A DNA stretch of 42,245 bases from a virus. Its lineage: Duplodnaviria; Caudoviricetes. A program made the translations under genes and the position numbers. This document shows, piece after piece, positions 1 through 7,015 of this stretch. Where the stretch lies: IMG/VR virus record IMGVR_UViG_3300022852_000152, positions 1 to 42,245 of that record; one strand, 5' to 3'. The first letter of the stretch is position 1; the number at the start of each line of letters is the position of its first letter. The notes below the pieces were generated by a model. The model was not told the origin of the DNA, did no database searches, and was given only the letters and a program-made list of their open reading frames with translations.

Positions 1-1311
1 ATGACTAGACAAAACCTCACATTCCGTGGCGCCGCCCCCACTTGGGCCAATGCATGCGTAGGAGACAATGGAAGTCCGAGCTATGTTGAGTACGCTCGCG
101 GCTTCTCCAAAGCCGCAAACATACTAACCACAATCGTACTGGAGAATCACTCTACAACCTTAACAACTGATGAGTTTGTTTATCCGATATGCTTCAACAT
201 GCGACATTCAATTGAGCTCCGACTAAAAGGAGCAATTGAATCACTACAAATACTCGCCACACTAAAGGGTGAGCGCTTGCCATTTAACTTAAAAGACACG
301 CACGACCTCAACAAACTCTGGTCATTCTTTAGAACCGAATCAGCCCGAATCGACAATCGCTTCCTGAGAATAGCGTCACAAGTTAACGACACCATTACTG
401 ATATCGCCGACGTAGACCCCACCGGCCAAACATTTCGATATCCGTTTAACACAAAATCTGTAAAACACCTAGCAGATGTCTCCCTCATAAATTTCGCCGT
501 TCTACTCCACAATTTCACTGAGCTTGAAAAAGGTTTAGAAGACCTCTTGAATCTCTATGAATGGCTAATAGAAGAGTACAACCACTCAAACCTCAAAGAA
601 ATCCAGCGCAACATAATTTTCGCAATAGCCCGTAAGCTGCCTAAGCGAGAAGACTGGAGCAACCGAACATTTAATGATATTAAGACACAGCTCAGAGAAG
701 AGTTTTCACTTTCAAGCAATCAGCTCACCAAAGCTATAAATCTCATTGAAAACGACTACTTTCTTTCTCAGCTAATTGGTATAGAAAAGCCTCTACTGGG
801 TATACGCGCCGAGCAGATTGAACTTTTTGTAGCGGCATGGATGGTAGATAATGCAGACCTAAAACAGCACCCTCGACCAGAGCAAGATGAAGAGGACACC
901 AGTTTACTCTCAAGCGCCAATCTTGCGGAATTTCTACGCCGCCCAAGAGCTGACTGGAAATCTATTGAGCACATTGCGACACCAGAATCAACTGCAGGAC
1001 TTCATGCTTTATTTTATTTCGCTTATGACTTCCGCTTCTCAGAATACTACACAAAAATCTATGACCAAAACCTTCGCGAGATGAGCATAATTGCAAACAA
1101 CAGCCCGGAAGAATTGACAAACGAATTACGGCATATTTTTGAAAAGGCGAACTTTATTTATCATCTAATCCAATCGCTTTACATACTGGGCCATGCTTCG
1201 CTAGCAGAAAAGATAATCGCAGAACACGAAATTGAGCATGCCATCAGCTGGTTATCGGAAGCGAGAAAGGGACAGCTCTTGGAGTATCCAGTATACGCTC
1301 AGTACCCTTGA
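1..1311 (+). CDS. Hypothetical protein with N-terminal HEPN-like domain (candidate defence/toxin moron)
   Basis: 436-aa ORF, AT-richer than the phage core. The N-terminal pattern RHSIELRLKG...THDLNKLW...DPTGQTFRYP resembles the E-x-x-LK / HDL / RYP signature of HEPN-fold proteins. No canonical Rx4-6H motif seen. Starts at the window edge. Confidence 0.5.
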   Translation: MTRQNLTFRGAAPTWANACVGDNGSPSYVEYARGFSKAANILTTIVLENHSTTLTTDEFVYPICFNMRHSIELRLKGAIESLQILATLKGERLPFNLKDTHDLNKLWSFFRTESARIDNRFLRIASQVNDTITDIADVDPTGQTFRYPFNTKSVKHLADVSLINFAVLLHNFTELEKGLEDLLNLYEWLIEEYNHSNLKEIQRNIIFAIARKLPKREDWSNRTFNDIKTQLREEFSLSSNQLTKAINLIENDYFLSQLIGIEKPLLGIRAEQIELFVAAWMVDNADLKQHPRPEQDEEDTSLLSSANLAEFLRRPRADWKSIEHIATPESTAGLHALFYFAYDFRFSEYYTKIYDQNLREMSIIANNSPEELTNELRHIFEKANFIYHLIQSLYILGHASLAEKIIAEHEIEHAISWLSEARKGQLLEYPVYAQYP

Positions 1312-1558
1312 TGAATATGAACTAATTCGCACTTCAGATTCATAGTTTGTCATTGGTTCTGCCTAGACGGTACAGCCTACTTCTCGCTCCGGCCCGACAG
1401 GCCGAGCCGGGCTGAGTTACCACGGCTAATCCGCTGGAGTGTTAAGACCAGCGCTGGCGGCCAAGGGGTCGAGGTTCTTCGCTAGGCGCGTCGCAACTGC
1501 CTAGGAGCCACGCCCAGCCTAACACCAGGAATGCCTACCATTTGATCGAGTTACCAGA

Positions 1559-2830
1559 TCAACGAACCTTCCACAGCTGATCAATGCGGGTTGTGTAGGA
1601 GTGGCTCATCATTTCCCGGCGCATCCCCCAGTCGGGGGTGCGGGGGACGGTTGCTGTGTGCATCGTGCCTGTTCCATACTTTCCGTTAATCTGGTCCAGC
1701 ACCGCCATCAGCCGGTCACAGGCCACCGGCTGCGTGACCGCAAACAGATCATCAGTAAACTCACCGGGCTGCCGCAGATCCAGCAGCAGCACCTCTGCCT
1801 TGCTGTATCGGAAACCAGGACGGTAGATCCGCTCAACTGCCTCGGTAGCCGCCCGCGTGAGCAGCAGCGTGTCATTGGTGGGATATGGCAACTCGACCAA
1901 CGCTCCCTGCGCATAGCGAGCCTCATCGGGGTTAAACATGCCGGTGCGGATGCTCACCCGGATGCGCTTGCATACCGACCCCTGAGCACGAAGCTTTTCC
2001 GCTGCGCGCCCGGCGTAGGCGGCCACCGCCTGCTTGATGGGTGCGATCTCGGTCAGGCGCTTGCCGAACATCCGGCTGCAGCAGATCTCCTGCTTCGGCG
2101 GGTCATCCTCCTCGAGCTCGAGGCAAGGGGTGCCGGCGAGCTCCCTGGCCGTCTTCTCGACCACAACGCTGAACTTCTGGCGAAGCGTCCACGGGTCAGC
2201 TTGGGCAAGGTCCATCGCCGTGCGGATCCCCATGGCCTCAAGGTGCGCGGTCATCCGCCTACCAATCCCCCACACTTCCTTGACCTCGGTATTACGCAAC
2301 ACCCAGTCGCGCTTGAAGGAGTCACAGATATCGACCACTCCTCCGGTCTGCGCCTGGAGACGTTTCGCGGTGTGGTTGGCCAGCTTCGCCAAGGTCTTGG
2401 TACGGGCGATCCCAACGCCTACCGGAATGCCGGTGCATCTGAGGATCTTGGCGCGCAGGTCACGGCCGAACTGGGTCAGATTGCCTGGGATGCCGGTGAG
2501 GTCGGCGAAGGACTCATCGATCGAATACACCTCAGCAGCCGGCACCATCGCTTCGATCAGTGACATGACGCGCTCGCTCATGTCGCCATACAGCGCGTAG
2601 TTCGAGGAGAACGCCACGATGCCATGCCGACGCAGCTTGTCTTTGGCCTGAAAGTAAGGCTCACCCATTTTTACGAACGGCTTGGCATCGTAGGATCTGG
2701 CGATCACACAGCCGTCGTTGTTGCTCAGGACGACTATCGGCGTCTTGGCCAGATCAGGCCGAAAGACGCGCTCGCAGCTCGCATAGAACGAGTTACAGTC
2801 GATGAGGGCGAACACTTGGTCATTGGGCAT
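1559..2830 (-). CDS. umuC: DNA polymerase V subunit UmuC (RulB-like Y-family polymerase)
   Basis: ALIDCNSFYASCE, VVLSNNDGCVIARS, YSIDESF and C-terminal W-x-MRREMMSHSYTT motifs; coupled to umuD. Confidence 0.95.
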   Translation of the reverse strand: MPNDQVFALIDCNSFYASCERVFRPDLAKTPIVVLSNNDGCVIARSYDAKPFVKMGEPYFQAKDKLRRHGIVAFSSNYALYGDMSERVMSLIEAMVPAAEVYSIDESFADLTGIPGNLTQFGRDLRAKILRCTGIPVGVGIARTKTLAKLANHTAKRLQAQTGGVVDICDSFKRDWVLRNTEVKEVWGIGRRMTAHLEAMGIRTAMDLAQADPWTLRQKFSVVVEKTARELAGTPCLELEEDDPPKQEICCSRMFGKRLTEIAPIKQAVAAYAGRAAEKLRAQGSVCKRIRVSIRTGMFNPDEARYAQGALVELPYPTNDTLLLTRAATEAVERIYRPGFRYSKAEVLLLDLRQPGEFTDDLFAVTQPVACDRLMAVLDQINGKYGTGTMHTATVPRTPDWGMRREMMSHSYTTRIDQLWKVR

Positions 2831-3248
2831 GGTCGCGCACGCTGTAGCGAACTATGCCCCAAATCACCAGGTCGTCGCCTTCCATGACATGGCGAGGCGG
2901 ATAGGCGGGATTCTCCGACTGCAGGATCAGCACGCCGTTACGGCGATACAACCGCTTGCACACCGGCTCAGCATTGATGGCTGCGATCACGATGTCGCCA
3001 TGCTCAGCCTCACTGCTACGGTCTACGATCAGTAGATCACCCGAATAGATCCCTGCGCCCTGCATGCTGTCCCCTTCGACCTGAACCAGGTAGACATGGG
3101 GCGCACGGAGATCGAACAGCTCATCGAGGGAAATATGTCGCTCAAGGTGGTCTGCAGCCGGCGAGGGAAACCCAGCCGGCACGCGGAAGGAATACACGGG
3201 CAGCAACGCCGGGCCGCCCGTCGGTGTACCTAGGAAGGTGATTGTCAT
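2820..3248 (-). CDS. umuD: DNA polymerase V subunit UmuD (RulA-like, S24 peptidase)
   Basis: VPAGFPSPA cleavage region, GDSM (Ser) and VCKRL (Lys). Start moved to ATG 3248 (142 aa) because the longer ORF start overlaps the LexA box. Confidence 0.93.
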   Translation of the reverse strand: MTITFLGTPTGGPALLPVYSFRVPAGFPSPAADHLERHISLDELFDLRAPHVYLVQVEGDSMQGAGIYSGDLLIVDRSSEAEHGDIVIAAINAEPVCKRLYRRNGVLILQSENPAYPPRHVMEGDDLVIWGIVRYSVRDHAQ

Positions 3249-3269
3249 GAGGAAACGGTCCGAAGCAAA

Positions 3270-3285
3270 CTGTATATACATACAG
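3270..3285. promoter_or_regulatory. LexA (SOS) box between divergent umuDC and SRAP genes
   Basis: CTGTATATACATACAG = CTGT-N8-ACAG, a near-consensus gammaproteobacterial SOS box. Confidence 0.9.
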
Positions 3286-3353
3286 TTAACTGTCAGATTG
3301 TTCCTACGTCAATGGTCGGATGCGAAGCAACCGACGAGCGCTTGAGGTGAGTT

Positions 3354-4049
3354 ATGTGTGGGCGGTACTCGATCTACGAAAGCATGGACCACTATCTCCA
3401 GCAATTGTCGCTGGACCTGGTGGTGATCGATGGCTACGACCATGAGCGAATCAACCGCTACAACGTCGCGCCCTCCACCCAAGTCGAGCTGATTCGACCA
3501 GTCGACGGAGGGGTGAGCGTAGATCGAGTGAAATGGGGATGGGCGCCCTTTTGGGCGAAGGCGAAGCGTCCCGACCCGATCAATGCACGGGCCGAGACGG
3601 TAATGACGGGGAAGTTCTTCAAAACGCTGTGGCCGGGAGGCCGGGCTTTGGCGCCTGCGAATGGCTGGTTTGAGTGGATGCCAGATCCCGCTGACCCGAA
3701 ACGCAAGCAGCCCTACTACATCACTGCCGCAAATGACGAGCCCTTGTATTTCGCGGCGCTGGCCGAAGTCCACCCTGGTCTAGAACCAGATGACCGGGAT
3801 GGCTTCGTCATCATCACCGCTGCCGCTGATCAGGGGCTTGTCGATATCCACGACCGCAAGCCGCTTGTTCTCACACCTGCGCTAGCCCGCGAGTGGCTTG
3901 CCCAAGCCACCACGCCCGAACGAGCCGCAGAGATCGTTCGTACAGGCTGCCGGCCAGCTGCCGACTTCAAGTGGTACCCAGTTAGCAAGGAGGTTGGCAA
4001 TGTCAGGAATCAGGGCGAAAACCTAATTCAATCAAAGATCAACGCCTAA
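3354..4049 (+). CDS. SOS response-associated peptidase (SRAP/YedK, abasic-site protecting)
   Basis: N-terminal MCGRY (catalytic Cys2), RYNVAPS, INARAET, GWFEW, IHDRKP; RBS GAGGTG upstream. Confidence 0.95.
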   Translation: MCGRYSIYESMDHYLQQLSLDLVVIDGYDHERINRYNVAPSTQVELIRPVDGGVSVDRVKWGWAPFWAKAKRPDPINARAETVMTGKFFKTLWPGGRALAPANGWFEWMPDPADPKRKQPYYITAANDEPLYFAALAEVHPGLEPDDRDGFVIITAAADQGLVDIHDRKPLVLTPALAREWLAQATTPERAAEIVRTGCRPAADFKWYPVSKEVGNVRNQGENLIQSKINA

Positions 4050-4119
4050 GAATGCCTCATGACAAGGCTCGTACAACCCAACAATCTAAAGTCTTCGTTC
4101 GCCTGGCACGGTCTAAACA

Positions 4120-4574
4120 CCTAGATTTCTTCGCTTGGTTCGTACGATCCAAAACCTAAACCTCCTCGTTTGGTTCGTACGATCCAAAACCTAAACCTCC
4201 TCGTTTGGTTCGTACGATCCAAAACCTAAATTTCTTCGCTTGGTTCGTACGATCCAAAACCTGATCTTCTTCGTTTGGTTCGTTCGATCCCAAACCTAAA
4301 CCTCTTCGTTTGGATCGTACGATCCAAAACCAAAACTTCTTCGTTTGGTTCGTTCGATCCCAAACCTAAACCTCTTCGTTTGGATCGTACGATCCAAAAC
4401 CAAAACTTCTTCGTTTGGTTAGTTCGATGCCAAACCTAAACCTCTTCGTTTGGATCGTACGATCCAAAACCTAAACTTCTTCGCTTGGATCGTACGATCC
4501 AAAACTTAAACTTCTTCGTTTGGATCGTACGATCCAAAACCTAAACCTCTTCGCTTTGTTCGTGCGATCCAAAA
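4120..4574. repeat. Tandem array of 13 x 35-bp units, each with a 20-bp palindrome
   Basis: Exact 35-bp period from 4120, consensus CCTAAACYTCTTCGTTTGGWTCGTACGATCCAAAA. The core TTTGGATCGTACGATCCAAA is its own reverse complement. A degenerate unit lies at 4085-4119 and a partial one at 4575-4580. Confidence 0.98.
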
Positions 4575-4850
4575 TCTAAAGAACTTAAAGCAGCTTCCAA
4601 ACAAATTTAAACCCGGTATTTAAGGGTATGCATCGCACCGGCACATGATGGAAGATTATTTTTTCAATCCGCGCAAACCCGCATTCACAAAGGGCTACAG
4701 CGAATACCCCCTACCTACACCGACCATCATTCAACACCACCCTATTGACGAAAATTTCTAATAAGAAGAATATCTAATTCGCCGTAAGCACATCAAAAAG
4801 TCGACGCCACCTGAATGCGACGCCGCATCCTATCGCCCGGAGAAAGACAC

Positions 4851-4943
4851 ATGATTCAAGTCTACGCAGAGATCGCACTTGAGTTAATCAAATTTATCAA
4901 CAACCTCTTGCTTCAATTTTCGGGGTGCACCCCATGGAGTTAA
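4851..4943 (+). CDS. Putative 30-aa small protein (MIQVYAEIALELIKFINNLLLQFSGCTPWS)
   Basis: ATG at 4851 with GGAGA at 4839-4843; TTGACG at 4745 in an AT-rich upstream region; stop overlaps the MTase stop (TTAA). Too short for the ORF track. Confidence 0.4.
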   Translation: MIQVYAEIALELIKFINNLLLQFSGCTPWS

Positions 4944-5734
4944 AACAGTTGCCCAAGACCGGCAGGCTGCCAGTTCATGATCACCAACTCACCCGTCACC
5001 TCAGCTTTGCACTGCCGTTGGTTCGTGTTGCTGTATCGGATATCCAGGCTTTCGAAGTGGAAACCATCGAACGCCCTGCGGATGTCCGGGTGATCGTTGA
5101 TGCTCACCATCACCCTGCCCTTGCAGCGTCGCATGAAGTCAGCCATGCGCTCGTACTGCTCGAATGGAAAGTCGAGCCCATAGCCGGCGGTCTGCCAGTA
5201 GGGCGGGTCCATGTAGAAAAACGTATGTGCACGATCATAGCGTTCGGCGCAATCGAGCCAGGAGAGGTTCTCGACGTAGGTGCCAGCGAGGCGCTGCCAC
5301 GCAGCTGACAGGTTCTCCTCGATGCGCAGCAGATTGATCGCGGGCCCAGTGGTAGCGGTACCGAACGTCTGCCCGGTGACCTTACCACCGAAAGCATGCT
5401 GCTGGAGGTAGAAGAACCGTGCAGCGCGCTGGATATCGGTCAGCGTCTCGGGGCGGGTCATCTTCTGCCACTCGAAGATCTGCCGCGAGCTGAGCGCCCA
5501 CTTGAACTGGCGCACGAACTCTTCAAGATGGTTTTGGACCACTCGATAAAGCGTGACCAGGTCACCGTTTAGATCGTTGAGCACCTCGACCGGCGCAGGC
5601 TGGGGGCGCATGAAAAACAATGCAGCGCCCCCAGCGAAGACTTCGACGTAGCATTCATGAGGAGGGAAGAGAGGGATCAGGCGGTCGGCCAGGCGGCGTT
5701 TGCCACCCATCCAGGGAATAATTGGAGAGGTCAT
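4940..5734 (-). CDS. Phage DNA adenine methyltransferase (Dam/D12 class)
   Basis: PWMGGKRRL, YVEVFAGGAA (SAM binding), EVLNDLN, FFYMDPPY (catalytic). Target specificity cannot be determined from the sequence. Confidence 0.92.
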   Translation of the reverse strand: MTSPIIPWMGGKRRLADRLIPLFPPHECYVEVFAGGAALFFMRPQPAPVEVLNDLNGDLVTLYRVVQNHLEEFVRQFKWALSSRQIFEWQKMTRPETLTDIQRAARFFYLQQHAFGGKVTGQTFGTATTGPAINLLRIEENLSAAWQRLAGTYVENLSWLDCAERYDRAHTFFYMDPPYWQTAGYGLDFPFEQYERMADFMRRCKGRVMVSINDHPDIRRAFDGFHFESLDIRYSNTNQRQCKAEVTGELVIMNWQPAGLGQLF

Positions 5735-5751
5735 AGGTTCGCAAGTCTTTA

Positions 5752-5767
5752 CTGTATGAATAAACAG
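5752..5767. promoter_or_regulatory. LexA (SOS) box upstream of the adenine methyltransferase
   Basis: CTGTATGAATAAACAG = CTGT-N8-ACAG, 17 bp upstream of the MTase ATG. Confidence 0.8.
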
Positions 5768-5884
5768 GTGTTAGGCTCGCCGCGCTTTGTGCACAGAGCA
5801 GGAGCCCAGGCTGGACTTGCAGGAATGGTCTGCGGGTTCGGCGGGCCGGGCTGGGTGTTGACGCACCCACCCGGCTCGCTCCTT

Positions 5885-6442
5885 TCACTGGGTGACTTGG
5901 CGCACGTAGGCCTGGCAGGCCTTCAGCGCAATCAGTCCTCGGTCACCTTCGTCGGTGATGACGATAATTCGTTGAGCATGCGCTGGCTCAAGGTAGGCTC
6001 GTATGGAGCCATGTACCACGCTTCCGGCGCCGGGGGTTTCTCGCACCCCACCGTCACAACCCTGGGGGGCAATGGCTCCGGCGTCGACAAGTACTGACAG
6101 CCGCAGGTCAGCAGTAGCAAGCCGGTCCCGCAGGCGAGCCTGAGTTTGTTGAGCATCGCTCATCTCCTTCCAGTGTGTTTGTGCCTGCTCCTGAAGGCGG
6201 TCCTCGAAGTCGCGCCTGGCATCTTGCTGTGCCGCCAATTGGTCGAGCGCAGCCGCAGCCGCAGCCTCGCGCTCGCGGCCATGTGCTCGATCTTTCGCTG
6301 CCAACTGCCGGTCGTAGTCCGCAGCCTGATCGGAAAGCCGCCTGCCATAGTCGTTCGCTTGCCACAACCACGCTCCACGGCCACCCAAAACTAGGCCGAG
6401 CAGCAGGGCGAGCACCGCAAGGCGCCAACCCACGGCATTCAT
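5885..6442 (-). CDS. Rz-like inner-membrane spanin
   Basis: N-terminal TM helix, coiled coil, C-terminal ALKACQAYV; follows the endolysin with a 4-bp overlap. Confidence 0.85.
   Translation of the reverse strand: MNAVGWRLAVLALLLGLVLGGRGAWLWQANDYGRRLSDQAADYDRQLAAKDRAHGREREAAAAAALDQLAAQQDARRDFEDRLQEQAQTHWKEMSDAQQTQARLRDRLATADLRLSVLVDAGAIAPQGCDGGVRETPGAGSVVHGSIRAYLEPAHAQRIIVITDEGDRGLIALKACQAYVRQVTQ
5932..6156 (-). CDS. Rz1-like outer-membrane lipoprotein spanin embedded in Rz
   Basis: Nested alternative frame; signal peptide with lipobox-like LLLLTCGC; Pro-rich mature part. Confidence 0.75.
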   Translation of the reverse strand: MLNKLRLACGTGLLLLTCGCQYLSTPEPLPPRVVTVGCEKPPAPEAWYMAPYEPTLSQRMLNELSSSPTKVTED

Positions 6443-6990
6443 TGCAGGACCTCCAGCGCCCGCTTGTAGAGCGCCTGGCGATCCTCCAGGCCGTTGGTAC
6501 CGCCGTTGATCTTCTTCGTGATGGCAAGGAAGTCGCCTTTGTCAGCGAGGCTGTTGAGGCCCGTCTTTTGCCAATACCAGCCCGCCGACATTGAGGCGTA
6601 GACCGGGTGCTCAAGTAGCTCCGGCGTCGAAAGCAATCGGCTGTCACCGAACAGCGCCTGGCTGCAGGCTTCGTAGTTGGCTCGCCCAGTCACCTGAATC
6701 AAGCCCCGCCCACGGTACTTCTGGCCATCTCCGTCTGCCTCGGGCGTGTTACCCAGGCGCTGGGCCAAACGGCCAGTGTCGTACTTCGACAGGTATTGAT
6801 CGCCGCCCAGCTCACGCACGAAGCGCAATTGACCAGACTCGTGGCCAACCTGGGCGATGAAAGCCGCCATGCGCAGAGGCGTGATGATCGCGTACTTGCC
6901 CATCGTGGCGTTGAGTCCAGGAACAAAAACGCCGGCTTGGCGGCCGGCGTGTGGAAGGATCTGCTGTAGTTGTTGGACCGTTATGCTCAT
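6439..6990 (-). CDS. Endolysin, glycoside hydrolase family 19
   Basis: AFIAQVGHESG, YRGRGLIQVTGRANY, ITKKINGGTNGLEDR. Start MSITVQQL at 6990 with RBS GGAGA (183 aa). Confidence 0.92.
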   Translation of the reverse strand: MSITVQQLQQILPHAGRQAGVFVPGLNATMGKYAIITPLRMAAFIAQVGHESGQLRFVRELGGDQYLSKYDTGRLAQRLGNTPEADGDGQKYRGRGLIQVTGRANYEACSQALFGDSRLLSTPELLEHPVYASMSAGWYWQKTGLNSLADKGDFLAITKKINGGTNGLEDRQALYKRALEVLQ

Positions 6991-7015
6991 TGCCTTCTCC
7001 ATTGTTGTGAGGTGG

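Noticed and set aside
1601-2563. 320-aa ORF antisense to umuC (likewise 12292-13578, 20357-21736, 9356-10366, 16460-17239, 18302-19126)
   Set aside because: Shadow ORFs expected opposite GC-rich genes; no motifs or RBS.
4120-4574. CRISPR array
   Set aside because: The 15-bp linkers are near-identical rather than unique spacers, the period is only 35 bp, and there are no cas genes.
4120-4574. TIGR array or canonical type III toxin-antitoxin locus
   Set aside because: No variable dual spacers and no Nop-domain gene; no ToxN-like gene directly downstream; units form simple hairpins rather than an evident pseudoknot. Mimicry remains a hypothesis only.
4120-4574. Coding repeat, protelomerase site or parS centromere
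   Set aside because: The period of 35 breaks frame and no ORF spans it. There is no protelomerase or ParA/ParB gene, and the phage encodes an integrase.
5655-5888. 77-aa ORF upstream of the adenine MTase as a Com-like regulator
   Set aside because: No zinc-finger Cys pattern; it runs through the hairpin, the LexA box and the MTase start.
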